The notes below the pieces were generated by a model. The model was not told where the DNA came from. It searched no databases and saw only the letters and a program-made list of their open reading frames with translations. Below are positions 27,042 to 37,180 of a stretch of DNA of 55,082 nucleotides, one piece after another. Position 1 is the first letter of the stretch. The number at the start of each line of letters is the position of its first letter. The stretch comes from a virus (taxonomy: Duplodnaviria > Caudoviricetes), in the IMG/VR virus record IMGVR_UViG_3300030430_005159, positions 1 through 55,082 of that record, one strand, 5' to 3'. The position numbers and the translations under genes are program-made.

Positions 27042-28522
27042 GATTTACTCGGGATGCCGAAGCGCTCACGATCGGCCATTGCACGATCGAATCCTCGACG
27101 CACGTACATGCGATCAGTGCGCGATAAATACTTGTTCTTCATTCGCTCTAAAAGGTCCTTTGCTCGCGCTTCATAGACTTGGCTGTACGTTGCAAGGCCG
27201 TGCTGCAAACAAATGTCCTTGAGGGAAGAATAGACCAGATAATGGTGATATTGAATCGGCCATTCCGGCGCGTCTGCATCATTCACAAGCCTGAAGGGTC
27301 GCTTGTGATAACGAGCCTCGACCATGTAATCGTCTTTCGGTGTGTACCAAAGGCGAAGAAACTGTCGAGGACCAATCTCATTCAGTCGTGACACCTCAAA
27401 GATGTCGCCCGAAGGAGCTACGAAGTCGGAGAACAGCACAGTCGCTCCCGCCAACTCATGGCCCTCATCAGAAAAAGTGGTATCGTTTTCATCGACCGTT
27501 CCGATATGCCTCCAGTTGCCGACCCCGTTTTTTAATAAGTCGGTGGTCATGGATTCAAACCCATCTACCGGCTCAACCAGTCGACGGTATATTTTTTTCA
27601 ACCGGCCGGTGTCTTTTGTGGTGCTCGGATCTCTTAAAGCAGACGTATCCATCAGTTTGCTGATTATCACCCTCACTTTGGATGTGTCCGTGCCAAAGCC
27701 GGCCGTGCTTATAGAAGCCGTTGGGGAGGGCGGACTCTCCATTCCGGCAAACAAAAACGTGTAGCAATACTCGTACACTTGGTCTTTTGCAAGACCGCGT
27801 GCTGGCACAAAGCTATCTCCCTCAAGGAACAACGTTCCGGTGATATCGTCAGTGCTCAAGCTGGGCGCGTAGTCCGGCGGCTGCAAGTTTGAATGCATCT
27901 CTTCGATGCTGACAAACGGATCCCCTGTGTCCACACGATCGAGGTACAGATTTTCCTCTTTCCTTGCGTCCAAAAACATGAACCGACCGCGGTTGCGACC
28001 CTTTGTGGTTTTTGTGGATGTGTAGTCTACTGCATCTGTTCCCGTATAGGGAATGGTCTCGGTGAATGAAATCCCACGATCCATGATGCCCAACACTTCA
28101 ACGCAATCCCGGGGCATCGGATATTTGGTGTACCTGATCTCCCAAGAAGTGTAGCTCCCGGCCGGAATGTCAATATCGACCACGAACGTTCGTGCATCGA
28201 TTCGTCTTGTGATCAAAAACTCTTGGTTGTTCAATACGAAAGTTTGACCCTCAATGTCTTTTGGTAGATTGACCGAAGATGCTGAGGTCGGCAGGGAGAG
28301 CCTGCGGGCACCGACTGATGTAATTGTATTGGTTGTGCTGCCCAAAATGTCCGCACGAATCAAAAACTGAAACCTCTTCTGCATGAACAGCCACTGATAC
28401 TGGCTTGAGATTTGCAGATAATGACGATTGATGACTCGCGTCAGGTTGTCATCGTACTGTTTGAGGTCCGGGTTGTAGTCCAACGCAGAGTTGATTTCTT
28501 GGCGGATTTCTTTGAGATTCAC
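27038..28522 (-). CDS. Head-tail adaptor (T7 gp11 / P22 gp4-like) with inserted domains
   Basis: GTG start at 28522 after GGAG (MNLKEIRQEI); C-terminal LWYTP...YHKRP..LVNDADAPEWPIQYHHYLVY typical of adaptors. Confidence 0.65.
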   Translation of the reverse strand: MNLKEIRQEINSALDYNPDLKQYDDNLTRVINRHYLQISSQYQWLFMQKRFQFLIRADILGSTTNTITSVGARRLSLPTSASSVNLPKDIEGQTFVLNNQEFLITRRIDARTFVVDIDIPAGSYTSWEIRYTKYPMPRDCVEVLGIMDRGISFTETIPYTGTDAVDYTSTKTTKGRNRGRFMFLDARKEENLYLDRVDTGDPFVSIEEMHSNLQPPDYAPSLSTDDITGTLFLEGDSFVPARGLAKDQVYEYCYTFLFAGMESPPSPTASISTAGFGTDTSKVRVIISKLMDTSALRDPSTTKDTGRLKKIYRRLVEPVDGFESMTTDLLKNGVGNWRHIGTVDENDTTFSDEGHELAGATVLFSDFVAPSGDIFEVSRLNEIGPRQFLRLWYTPKDDYMVEARYHKRPFRLVNDADAPEWPIQYHHYLVYSSLKDICLQHGLATYSQVYEARAKDLLERMKNKYLSRTDRMYVRRGFDRAMADRERFGIPSKS

Positions 28523-28532
28523 GTCAGACTCC

Positions 28533-28574
28533 AAAAAAGAAAACGGCTGCTGGAGAAGTATACCCCAGCAGCCG
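28533..28574 (-). terminator. Rho-independent terminator after the capsid/decoration genes
   Basis: Perfect 10-bp stem CGGCTGCTGG/CCAGCAGCCG followed on the minus strand by TTTTCTTTTTT. Confidence 0.85.
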
Positions 28575-28606
28575 AAAATGGACCGAGGTCCGGTAGCGAA
28601 TATGGC

Positions 28607-29080
28607 TTAGAAGAGGCCCTGATCGATGATCATGACATCTGCCAATCCTGCGGTGTCGGCCTCAAGGGAAAACCCGCAAGCTGGAACCACGTCAGAAGCA
28701 ACAAGAACCTGCGCTTTACCTACTGCGGCCGTACCTGCATTGGACACACAAAGCACTTGGCCAGCAGTCATGCTGACGTCTACATTTGCATCAACAAACT
28801 TACCAGCAGTTTGAATCTTGATGTTCTTGAATGCTTCAGCAGCGCCTGATGAATTATCGAAGGTCTCAGTGATGACGCCAAAAACCAAAGGCTCACCGTT
28901 CGCAGTGTTACTTGCGACCGTTGCGGTGCCTCCGAGTCCATTCTCAGTATCCGTAAGATAAATCTTCATCCAATCACCCTTGGTGATTGTTGCTCCCGCA
29001 GCAGCGCGAACTCGAAGAGTTACAAACTTCTTCGGAAAATTGGCGTCTCCGTCGACACCATCGATCTTGTGAATTGCCAT
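28607..29080 (-). CDS. Capsid decoration/cement protein
   Basis: 157 aa directly after the MCP; ITKGD, VFGV, IQTAG, AGQVL, CGFSLEAD motifs; GGAGG RBS. Confidence 0.65.
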   Translation of the reverse strand: MAIHKIDGVDGDANFPKKFVTLRVRAAAGATITKGDWMKIYLTDTENGLGGTATVASNTANGEPLVFGVITETFDNSSGAAEAFKNIKIQTAGKFVDANVDVSMTAGQVLCVSNAGTAAVGKAQVLVASDVVPACGFSLEADTAGLADVMIIDQGLF

Positions 29081-29117
29081 GTTGTCCTCCCTCTTTTGAC
29101 TAAATGGCTATGAAATA

Positions 29118-29144
29118 GGGTGGGGATCACCGCGACCCCCACCC
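29118..29144 (-). terminator. Stem-loop after the major capsid gene
   Basis: GGGTGGGG/CCCCACCC stem followed by TATTT on the minus strand. Confidence 0.55.
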
Positions 29145-29156
29145 AATCAGGATGAC

Positions 29157-30215
29157 TTAGAAAGTTTCCAAGTCGAATGCGAGACCGCTGGAGCCGAGGT
29201 GCTTGGCGATCAACTGACCACGGCACCGAAGCTTGGCAGCGCGAACGTCGTACTCACCCGAAACAGTCTCGAAGTCCGACAGGTCGAAGTAGCCCTTCGG
29301 ATCCCACAGGACGTAGATGTCGTTCATGTTCAGGAAGTAGAAGCTGATGGGATCAGCAGTGGTTCCCGAGGATCCACCGTCGTTGGGCATGTTGTACTCA
29401 ACGTTGATTGGAATGCCTTGGAAGACCTCGACCATACGTCCACCGTCGATCTGTGCTTGATCCACGTAGCGCTCGTGAGCCCGCAGAGCGCGCTTCAGAT
29501 TCTTGAAGCCAGCACGAGAGGCAAGAATCACGTTGGGAGCGCCAGAGGGCGACACAGCGTTGATTTCAACCAGCAGATCGTACAGACCAGCAAGGCCGTT
29601 CGCGTTGAAAGACCCTGCACCATCGAAGCGCTGGTTCTGCCAACCGGTCTTGTCTTGGAAGCTTCCCTTGTCGACACCGCCAACAGAGTTGACTTGAGCG
29701 CCCACAGCGAGATCTTCGAGGAACCCTTGGTGGTCACCAGAGGTCACGTCGATTCCGTTCAGGGTGTTCCAGTCGTTCCAGCCGGTTTGGTTGCCCTTGA
29801 CGATTTGCTTGACGAACTCACGCTTGAGTGCGTTTGCAGTCATGGTCACCCGGCTTTCGAGGATCGAAAGGACGGCTGCATCGCCTTGGTTAACCATTTC
29901 TTCTTCCGAGGAGATGGCAACAGGGCGCACAACGTGACCAAAGTCATACTGTGCAGGTTGGAACACGTCCTCGACACTCAGGTCAATGCGCTCGAAACCG
30001 GTTTGCATGCGGGTTGTGGAAGAGTGCTCACCGAAGCCAAGCGGAATGACAATGCGTGATCCACCGGCTTGAGTTGGGCGACCTGCACCGTGAATACGCT
30101 CCTGTGCGTCAAGAAACGCGACAGACTCGTAGATGTTGTCGCGAAAATCCTTCATCAGGATGTGCATGGTGGTGGAAAGCAGTTCGTTTCCAATAGTCAG
30201 GGGAGTAGTTGCCAT
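29157..30215 (-). CDS. Major capsid protein (HK97 fold)
   Basis: 352 aa; GGSRIVIPL, ISSEEEMVNQGDAAVLSILESRV, VGGVDK...W.N, FYFLN motifs; after the scaffold; AGGAG RBS. Confidence 0.85.
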   Translation of the reverse strand: MATTPLTIGNELLSTTMHILMKDFRDNIYESVAFLDAQERIHGAGRPTQAGGSRIVIPLGFGEHSSTTRMQTGFERIDLSVEDVFQPAQYDFGHVVRPVAISSEEEMVNQGDAAVLSILESRVTMTANALKREFVKQIVKGNQTGWNDWNTLNGIDVTSGDHQGFLEDLAVGAQVNSVGGVDKGSFQDKTGWQNQRFDGAGSFNANGLAGLYDLLVEINAVSPSGAPNVILASRAGFKNLKRALRAHERYVDQAQIDGGRMVEVFQGIPINVEYNMPNDGGSSGTTADPISFYFLNMNDIYVLWDPKGYFDLSDFETVSGEYDVRAAKLRCRGQLIAKHLGSSGLAFDLETF

Positions 30216-30227
30216 TTTTGGCTCCTA

Positions 30228-31208
30228 TTAGCGGTAGTTGTTGGAGATAACCTTAGCAGCTTCGGGATTGGACTGGAGCCAAGCAGCAATCGAAGCCGCA
30301 CCTTGCTTCTTGACATCAGGGGGAATTTCCACGGAATCAGGCGATCCGCTAACTGAACTTCTCTGCACGCGACGAGCCGCTTCAGAACGAGCACGTCGCT
30401 CTTGGTCCGAACGTCGCCGTTGTTCGACCATAATCTTTCGGGCACGCACAATTTCATACGCATCTTGCGTAGAGATTGGAGCATCTGTTTCTCGACGATC
30501 GCTGACCAGTTTAGCGACTTCCTTCTTGAATGCAGCGTCCTTCATTTCTGGGTGTGCATCCAAAAAATCCAAGTACGCATGCTCTTGCCGGCGTTGCGCC
30601 GATACTTCTTGCATTGGCGCAAATACGCTGGACACTGCTTCGGCGATGCCGCGGTTGATTCGCGCTTGGATTCCATCCTCCGACATAATGTCGGGAAGTT
30701 CAGATTCCTCTACCTTCAAAGACTCTCGAATCCGGGGATCGTCGATGATGGACGCGAACTCCGCTTGTCGGCGCGCGAAATCACGCTCCAAGCTTTGAAT
30801 CTGTTGCTCACGCTTTTGATACTGCTCTTGACGAGACGCATGGCTAGACTCAAGCTCGTTTTGCTTTTGCTTGTAGGCCAAACGGAAATTGTGCAGCATG
30901 CGCCGCGCAACAGTCGGCAGTTCTTTGATGTCCTGCTCAGTGATGTTTCCGTAGAAATCATCTGTCGCAAGCTCTTGGTCGTCAATATCGGAAAAGAGCG
31001 GGTCGAAACTTCGTTCATCAACCGCTTGAAACTCGGATTCATCGGCGCTTGACGCGGCGCCATCGTCTTCTTGCCCGAAAGAATCGATCTCTTCACCCGA
31101 GTTGTCGGAAGCAAAATCAACCCCACCGGCGACGTCATCGTCCCCCAAAAGGCCCGTTGATCCTGCTGATTCCGTCATCTCGATTTCATTATTTTCTTCG
31201 TTTTGCAC
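30228..31208 (-). CDS. Capsid scaffolding protein
   Basis: 326 aa; acidic disordered N-terminus and long coiled coils; directly upstream of the MCP; GAGGAG RBS, GTG start. Confidence 0.7.
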   Translation of the reverse strand: MQNEENNEIEMTESAGSTGLLGDDDVAGGVDFASDNSGEEIDSFGQEDDGAASSADESEFQAVDERSFDPLFSDIDDQELATDDFYGNITEQDIKELPTVARRMLHNFRLAYKQKQNELESSHASRQEQYQKREQQIQSLERDFARRQAEFASIIDDPRIRESLKVEESELPDIMSEDGIQARINRGIAEAVSSVFAPMQEVSAQRRQEHAYLDFLDAHPEMKDAAFKKEVAKLVSDRRETDAPISTQDAYEIVRARKIMVEQRRRSDQERRARSEAARRVQRSSVSGSPDSVEIPPDVKKQGAASIAAWLQSNPEAAKVISNNYR

Positions 31209-31234
31209 GAAAACTCCTCACTTGTTTATTATTG

Positions 31235-31263
31235 CATATACAACTGTATCACTAACATTTCAA
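31235..31263 (-). promoter_or_regulatory. Candidate sigma70-like promoter for scaffold/capsid
   Basis: Minus strand TTGAAA-N17-TATATG in an AT-rich gap. Confidence 0.35.
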
Positions 31264-31266
31264 TGA

Positions 31267-32028
31267 TTACTGCATTCCAGCACGAAGCATATCATCATCT
31301 TCGTTCATTTCAGTCGGTGCTGGGGACATGTCCGCTTCTTGTGGTCCCTCGTCACCGGCCATTTCAGGTCCCTGCTGAATTGCTGCAACACCCTCGATGA
31401 ACTTTTTGTCTTTGGCCATCATCTTGAGTTGTGCAGTAACCTTGCGAAGGTCGGTATCGTTTGCAATGCCGAACGGGTCGAAACCGAACTTGCCAACAAA
31501 ATCACCGCCGGAAACCATTGCAATCAACTGAGCGATGGCAACCAGAGCCAAAAACACATCCGCTGGAATCGGAGCATCGATTTTTCCGTTTTGAGCAGCA
31601 GATGAATCGAGTGTGATTTGTGGCAACGGCTCAGCAGAAATCTTGCTCATGGTGTCGTTGATTTGCTTGGTCAACGTTTCCAAAGACTTCACGGAGTAAG
31701 GCTTATCGGGCGGCGGAGCAGACTTTGCAAGCTGATCCAACTCGCTTTCCATCTGTGCAGTCGCATCCATGCCTTCTGCGGGGGGCTGCTCTGCCATGTC
31801 CCCGCCTTCGTGACCGGGCCCTTTTTCAGAGTGCATCATGCCCTTTTCGTCATGATACCCGCCCTTCTCTTTGTGCATCATGCCCATTTCCTTGTGCATC
31901 ATGCCTTTCTCTTTATGCATGGGGCCCTTTTCTTTGTGCATGGGGCCCTTTTCCGTGTGGTACATGCCCCGCTCCATCATGGTCGCGTATCGAGGCATAC
32001 CTCGCCGTTTCATCTTCATTCCGGGCAT
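31267..32028 (-). CDS. Hypothetical head-region protein with His/Met-rich heptad repeats
   Basis: Start MPGMKMK at 32028 after GGAG; seven xxHxE(K/M)G repeats. Confidence 0.7.
   Translation of the reverse strand: MPGMKMKRRGMPRYATMMERGMYHTEKGPMHKEKGPMHKEKGMMHKEMGMMHKEKGGYHDEKGMMHSEKGPGHEGGDMAEQPPAEGMDATAQMESELDQLAKSAPPPDKPYSVKSLETLTKQINDTMSKISAEPLPQITLDSSAAQNGKIDAPIPADVFLALVAIAQLIAMVSGGDFVGKFGFDPFGIANDTDLRKVTAQLKMMAKDKKFIEGVAAIQQGPEMAGDEGPQEADMSPAPTEMNEDDDMLRAGMQ
31801..31965 (-). repeat. 21-bp tandem repeats encoding (M/Y)H(K)EKG heptads
   Basis: MYHTEKG PMHKEKG PMHKEKG MMHKEMG MMHKEKG GYHDEKG MMHSEKG PGHEGG. Confidence 0.9.
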
Positions 32029-32029
32029 C

Positions 32030-32629
32030 TTAACTCCGTTGTTCCTTGTCTCGTGACTCACGAAACTGTCTAAAAGCTGGGTGGTGATCTAACCGCTCAC
32101 AATAGTCAGCGTACTCTTTTTCTTCTTTTTCAACTCTGGTATCCCATTTACTAAACTCTTTTTCAACATCCCAGTCCCCATCTACTGGAGTGAGACCCCG
32201 AGCTTTGCAAATATCTCTACGATGTTGCTTACTTTGCAACATTACACCAAGGCCACGATCGAAGTATGGAAACTTTTCACTAAACCGGTCGATTTTTGCC
32301 ATGGGAACCCATCTTGAATTCGTAGATCCACACTTATTGCATGGCTGGCTATCTTCAAAATGTTCACCCTTGCTGAAGTCTATAAGCTCTTCAAACTGAT
32401 GGTCACAGTCTCTGCATTGGTACATGTGCATGACCAGCCCATTGGTCCGGGCACTGCTTCGAGTCACCTTATTGTACGGATCGTTTGTTTGTGAATCGGC
32501 AACCCGAAACACTCTTCGACTCACTCCACCACAATCATTGCAGTCCAAAGTGTCCGGTCGATTTACAAACCGGCATCGGTGATCTTGTTCAGAACCGCAC
32601 GTCTCACATTGATAACTATAGGTTGGCAC
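32030..32629 (-). CDS. Double FmdB-type zinc-ribbon protein
   Basis: MPTYSYQCETCG...CNDCGG and MYQCRDCDHQFE...CNKCGS: two CxxC...CxxC ribbons; directly downstream of the portal. Confidence 0.8.
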   Translation of the reverse strand: MPTYSYQCETCGSEQDHRCRFVNRPDTLDCNDCGGVSRRVFRVADSQTNDPYNKVTRSSARTNGLVMHMYQCRDCDHQFEELIDFSKGEHFEDSQPCNKCGSTNSRWVPMAKIDRFSEKFPYFDRGLGVMLQSKQHRRDICKARGLTPVDGDWDVEKEFSKWDTRVEKEEKEYADYCERLDHHPAFRQFRESRDKEQRS

Positions 32630-35006
32630 TCAAACTCTCCACTAATTGTGCAATCGCTGCCGGCTGTTGGTCCGGTGGCAACTGAGCAATCTGGTCTAAT
32701 ACTTGTGCGACTTCAGGTTGGTTGGGCAGCATCTCTCGCAATGTCGCGATTGCTTGATCTGGGGGAAGCTGAGCAACTTGTTGAAGGATCGATGCCGGAT
32801 CCGCTTGACCCTCAGGAGGGGGCTCTGGTGGAGCGCCAGATGCGGGTGGAGCGCCAGATGCGGGTGGAGCGCCCGGTGGAGGGGCAGCAGCCGGCTGAGC
32901 GGCAGGAGCCTTTTGCTCTTGCTCATCAAGCTCGGCTTGGAGTTCGTCGGGGTGCAGGTCCTTGGGAAGATCGAAACGATCGGCCAAAACTTGCATATAG
33001 TTCCGGGCGATGATGCCTTGAGGTCCGCCTTGAGTTGCTTGAGTCCACAGCGCCATGTAGGGCTGCATCAATGCGACCAAGTTTTGCTGCATGGCCGCGT
33101 CACTAAGCGGCGTCCGGCCACCCTCTACAAAGCTGATTTCGAAGGATGCATCGAGATCTTCAACGGTCACTGAAATAATCTCAGTCCGATCTCGCAACGT
33201 CAATGATTCCTGAGTAACGTTGAAGCCATCATCTTCTTCTTCGACACCCAGTGAAGACACCACATCTTCATCAACCAAGGGCTCTTGCATTGATGCAGTG
33301 CTTCGAGCGAGCGCCATGTCCACCTGTTGCTGTTCTCGCTCGCCCTCCGCCTCGCGAAGCTCTGCTTTGCGACCAGCCAGCGTTGAGCCCAACAGTTGAA
33401 GCTCTTGCTCGTTCATGTCCTCAAGGATGCGTTTGCCTGTGATGGATGAAGACAAGTCACGGAAATCATCGGAGTCGACATCGATGCCCGCGACTTCGGC
33501 CAGCGCTTTGATTTCAACGATTCCAAACTTCTCTTCTTCGCGAGGCTCGTCACTGGGCTCTGCACCGTCCGGTTGAGCACGGGCGCCCACCTCAGCCATG
33601 TCGACTGCCTGTGCCTCGTATGCGCCTGAACTGTCTCCCTCATCGACCATGGCCCCAATCAAGGCGCGGAGCATCAACTCGGTCAGATTTGAGAGCCACT
33701 GGTCCTTGATGGCCGCGTGCAAACCAAACTCGGATTCGGTGTACATTTGTACGGTTTCGATTTCAAAGGCAGTCGCTTTTGTCACGATCCCACGAGATGC
33801 GGGACTGGTGCCAATCACCCGCTCGATGTCAAGCTCTACGTCTCGCACGTAGGATTGAATGTTGCTGGAGATCGCGGCGTTTGAAATTGGAACGATTGCA
33901 TCATTCAGCGGTCGTTCGTACCCAGAGTCCACCTCAAGAATCAAACCATCGTGACCTTCGGTCAGCAGCGTCATTTCATCTGAGTTGAACGTGCCCTTTC
34001 GGGTCACATACTGACGAGTATCTTTGCGCGTTGCCATTGCCATATAGGAACGGTAGGCGTTCAGTTCTTTGAACTGCGGCATCAATCGCCGAGTGTGAGC
34101 GATGCCGCGCAGAGGGAACTCGGGCTCGTAGTTGAAAATCAACGGAACAATGTGAGCCATGGGGTCGCCGTTGTGACGAGCGAAAGGCAGGGGGCCCACA
34201 TAAACGGGCTCTTTCGAGTCCTTCCCTTGGCCCAAGATGTAAATCTCCAACCGGCCTTCGTATTTGATGTCAGGGTTGTTTGGGTCGACGTAGCAATCAA
34301 CAAGGTTGCAGAACTCAAGAACACGGACAAAGTTGTTGTCCTCTTGAGCAGTCTCGTAGCGCCGGCGATTTTTCTTGTCGTCGCTGTAAGAGTCGGACGC
34401 AGACAAAAAATCTACCCGCCGAGTGCCTGCCAAGTCTTCGATACCGTATTCTTCCTCGACCTCATGCTTGGGTCGGTAGTACAGGTGGCCTCGAAACCGC
34501 TCGTCATCCACGTCGGAGACTTCTGTATCGAGCAGCATCTCCCAAATTGGAATGACTCGCATCCAAACTCGGTCAAGGGCGCTGCCTCTGCCGTGGTGAT
34601 ATCCCACCTTGATTCCAGCGCCCGGATACAAAATCGCCTGACGCAAAGCGGTCATGACTCGCTCATGAATCTTGCGACTCGAAAGCATCCTGTTCACGGC
34701 AAGCTCTGCCTTGGCAGGGTCCCCCTTCCCAGCAGGGTCCGCACCCAAAATGACCCGGCTGGCCCGTGGATACAGGGCCGACAAGTAAGCGGTGATCACG
34801 CCCCAGAGACGATTGACCTCGATCTCCACTTCACGCAGACGACGATTCCGCTTGGGCATGTCGTCACCCGTGATGTACTCCCAATACTTGGTCATGTATG
34901 TATGCTTATACAAGGACCAATCTTTTCTATTATTGCGAGCATATCGATCGTGAGCACGAACAAATTCATGAATGAGCTTGGGGCTGATTTGATCTTTTTG
35001 TTTCAC
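32616..35006 (-). CDS. Portal protein
   Basis: 796 aa directly after the terminase; ELNAYRS, IERVIGTSPASRG...TAFE motifs; Pro/Gln-rich tail with 18-bp GAPPAS repeats (~32827-32880). Confidence 0.8.
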   Translation of the reverse strand: MKQKDQISPKLIHEFVRAHDRYARNNRKDWSLYKHTYMTKYWEYITGDDMPKRNRRLREVEIEVNRLWGVITAYLSALYPRASRVILGADPAGKGDPAKAELAVNRMLSSRKIHERVMTALRQAILYPGAGIKVGYHHGRGSALDRVWMRVIPIWEMLLDTEVSDVDDERFRGHLYYRPKHEVEEEYGIEDLAGTRRVDFLSASDSYSDDKKNRRRYETAQEDNNFVRVLEFCNLVDCYVDPNNPDIKYEGRLEIYILGQGKDSKEPVYVGPLPFARHNGDPMAHIVPLIFNYEPEFPLRGIAHTRRLMPQFKELNAYRSYMAMATRKDTRQYVTRKGTFNSDEMTLLTEGHDGLILEVDSGYERPLNDAIVPISNAAISSNIQSYVRDVELDIERVIGTSPASRGIVTKATAFEIETVQMYTESEFGLHAAIKDQWLSNLTELMLRALIGAMVDEGDSSGAYEAQAVDMAEVGARAQPDGAEPSDEPREEEKFGIVEIKALAEVAGIDVDSDDFRDLSSSITGKRILEDMNEQELQLLGSTLAGRKAELREAEGEREQQQVDMALARSTASMQEPLVDEDVVSSLGVEEEDDGFNVTQESLTLRDRTEIISVTVEDLDASFEISFVEGGRTPLSDAAMQQNLVALMQPYMALWTQATQGGPQGIIARNYMQVLADRFDLPKDLHPDELQAELDEQEQKAPAAQPAAAPPPGAPPASGAPPASGAPPEPPPEGQADPASILQQVAQLPPDQAIATLREMLPNQPEVAQVLDQIAQLPPDQQPAAIAQLVESLSANL

Positions 35007-36571
35007 GAAACTCTCGCTCCACTCATGACATTAAAGGGATTTCTGCGAGCATGATATCTCTTATTGCGTCTCATGGGCATGTCTTTGGCCTGCGGCATTT
35101 TGCGACGATTCCACTCGGCAAGCATCAATGCGTCGGCGTGGTCATCGTGGTAGCCGTCTTGCCCTTCGATCTTGCCATTGTGCTCGCGAATGTGCATGAG
35201 TTCTTGAACCGTGGATAGATCGTTGAGAAGCAGTGCGTCCCCATTAACGATTTGCCGGAGATGTGCATACGCCTCTTCTTTGTTGCCCCGAGTGGTGGTC
35301 CAATACTTGGGTGTTCTGCTTGCGTTTTGACCCGGCGCAGGTGGTTTGTGCCACAAGGGAATGCCCACCTTCTGAAACTCTCGCAAAACAACGGGCCCAG
35401 CACCGCCTGTGTTGGCTTCTACGAGCGTACGGGCCTTGTTGTAGTGGAGTGCAAGTTCGGCGGCTTTACGCGCAAACAGGACCTCTCCACCTTGATTCAT
35501 GGACAACGTCGCGACTTGCCGACCGTCCGCACTGAGAACCTGCGCCACCGCATAGTCGCCGCCATTGCACCATGAAGGGTCGACGCCAACTGCGTAATTC
35601 ATTCCCGGATACGGTCGCTCGAAGATTCTCAACTCACCCTCGACGGGCTGTAGAGACGACAAAACGCTGTTCAAATAGTCGGTATCAAACCAACTTCCGT
35701 CATGAATGGCAAAGCCGTCTTCGATTGTGAGCGGGTACTCTCGCCTGAACCTTCGAATGCCAATGCCGTTGACGCCGTGAATCTTGTCGTGGCGCCAATA
35801 CAACTGACGCATCGTCAAGTCGTGTTGTTGACCCAGAAGCCACTCTTCTTGGTCCGGTTCCCACCCATCGGGAACATCCGCCTGATATGCGAAGTGATCC
35901 GACCACTTGAAGAAACGAAAACGAACGGTTTTGTCGCCCTTTTGTTTGGCCTCGATGGCGCTCAGCACTTTGGAGTGAAACAAGTTGCCGGGGCCGTCCG
36001 CAGTCGAAATGATGATGATTTTCTTGTGCGGTCCTTCGTGAAGCGTCGAAGTCACCGATGCCCACACATCCTCTGCGTTTGGCCAGAAAGCAAGCTCGTC
36101 GGCATGCAGCCGCTGGTACGTCCAGCCCCGAGCATCACTCTTACCGCCTGCCGTCATGCATCGGAAACCCGCCATGCTGTCTTTGAAGATCAACTCTCGC
36201 TTGTTTGATCGTTCGATGGGCTTCTTTAGCATTTGTGGAAGCGACCGGTAATAGTGCCGAACCCGACCAAAGATTGCATCTGTTGAGTCGTACGAGTCAG
36301 CGACCACCAAACAGCGGGCCGGATCCATGGTCCAATACAGGTAGTTGAAGTTGTACGCCGTCGCGACCGTTGTGTCTCCAATCTGACGGGGCTTGTAGTG
36401 AATGACCGTCTCTGCATCGGAGTGAAAGTCTTGCAGCGCCATGACCTGCTCGGCAAATGGCGTGTTGAAAAAGCGCTCTTGCCCCTTCTCGTCGACGATT
36501 TTCAACCGAGAGATGAACTCCCCCGGCGTTTGCGCGAGTTGAGCAAGAAGCTTTTTGTCGTGTTCATTCAC
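35003..36571 (-). CDS. terL: Terminase large subunit
   Basis: Walker A-like KPRQIGDTT, Walker B LHADELAFW, coupling motif ISTADG, nuclease GVDPS...DY, LVEAN, HDDHADAL. Confidence 0.92.
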   Translation of the reverse strand: MNEHDKKLLAQLAQTPGEFISRLKIVDEKGQERFFNTPFAEQVMALQDFHSDAETVIHYKPRQIGDTTVATAYNFNYLYWTMDPARCLVVADSYDSTDAIFGRVRHYYRSLPQMLKKPIERSNKRELIFKDSMAGFRCMTAGGKSDARGWTYQRLHADELAFWPNAEDVWASVTSTLHEGPHKKIIIISTADGPGNLFHSKVLSAIEAKQKGDKTVRFRFFKWSDHFAYQADVPDGWEPDQEEWLLGQQHDLTMRQLYWRHDKIHGVNGIGIRRFRREYPLTIEDGFAIHDGSWFDTDYLNSVLSSLQPVEGELRIFERPYPGMNYAVGVDPSWCNGGDYAVAQVLSADGRQVATLSMNQGGEVLFARKAAELALHYNKARTLVEANTGGAGPVVLREFQKVGIPLWHKPPAPGQNASRTPKYWTTTRGNKEEAYAHLRQIVNGDALLLNDLSTVQELMHIREHNGKIEGQDGYHDDHADALMLAEWNRRKMPQAKDMPMRRNKRYHARRNPFNVMSGARVS

Positions 36572-37134
36572 TACGCTTCACCGGGACGGACCGTCCAAGC
36601 ATCGCCACCACCCGATCCGAAGTATTGACGCAACTCGTTCAGGGCATCCGATTCGGCCTGATCTTTTTTGGCAGATGCTGAATCGAAACGAGTCTTGGCA
36701 TATTGGCGATACGCCCACTCTTCACCCTCGGTCATGGCATCGCGGACACCGGTCCAGTACTGCATGTCCAGCATCTTGAATTCTTCTTCCGACAACTCGC
36801 GAGTGTCGGGGAACTCAGAATAAAACCAGTCTCTGAATTTGCTGCTTTCTTCGCACCACCGATTCCAAATCCTTTCATTGATACGGACTCCGGTGTACGA
36901 TTTGTTTCGGGTGGCATCAAACCACTCATTGCGAAAAAATCGATTGCGGTTTGCCATCTTGTAGGCCAACTCGCGAAACTTCACCTGCTGAACAGAGGGC
37001 TTGAAATCGTCTTCTCCGGGCTCAAGCCACTTATCGACATCCGGGTGCCCCACATGATTGGTGTCTTCGTTGATCTCGTATTTGCTCAGTCGACTAAAAA
37101 AGACCACATCATTATCGTCATGTTCATCAGACAT
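36571..37134 (-). CDS. Probable terminase small subunit
   Basis: 187-aa helical protein coupled to terL; AGGAG RBS; positional inference only. Confidence 0.5.
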   Translation of the reverse strand: MSDEHDDNDVVFFSRLSKYEINEDTNHVGHPDVDKWLEPGEDDFKPSVQQVKFRELAYKMANRNRFFRNEWFDATRNKSYTGVRINERIWNRWCEESSKFRDWFYSEFPDTRELSEEEFKMLDMQYWTGVRDAMTEGEEWAYRQYAKTRFDSASAKKDQAESDALNELRQYFGSGGGDAWTVRPGEA

Positions 37135-37180
37135 ATGAATCTCCTGTCAATGCATTATCACACATAGAGGTCTATCCACC

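Noticed and set aside
29199-30059. 286-aa plus-strand ORF (likewise 34095-35054 and 30402-31052)
   Set aside because: Antisense shadows of MCP, portal and scaffold caused by codon bias.
32827-32880. 18-bp repeats in the portal tail and 9-bp repeats at ~21340-21420
   Set aside because: Ordinary in-frame Pro/Ala linker expansions.
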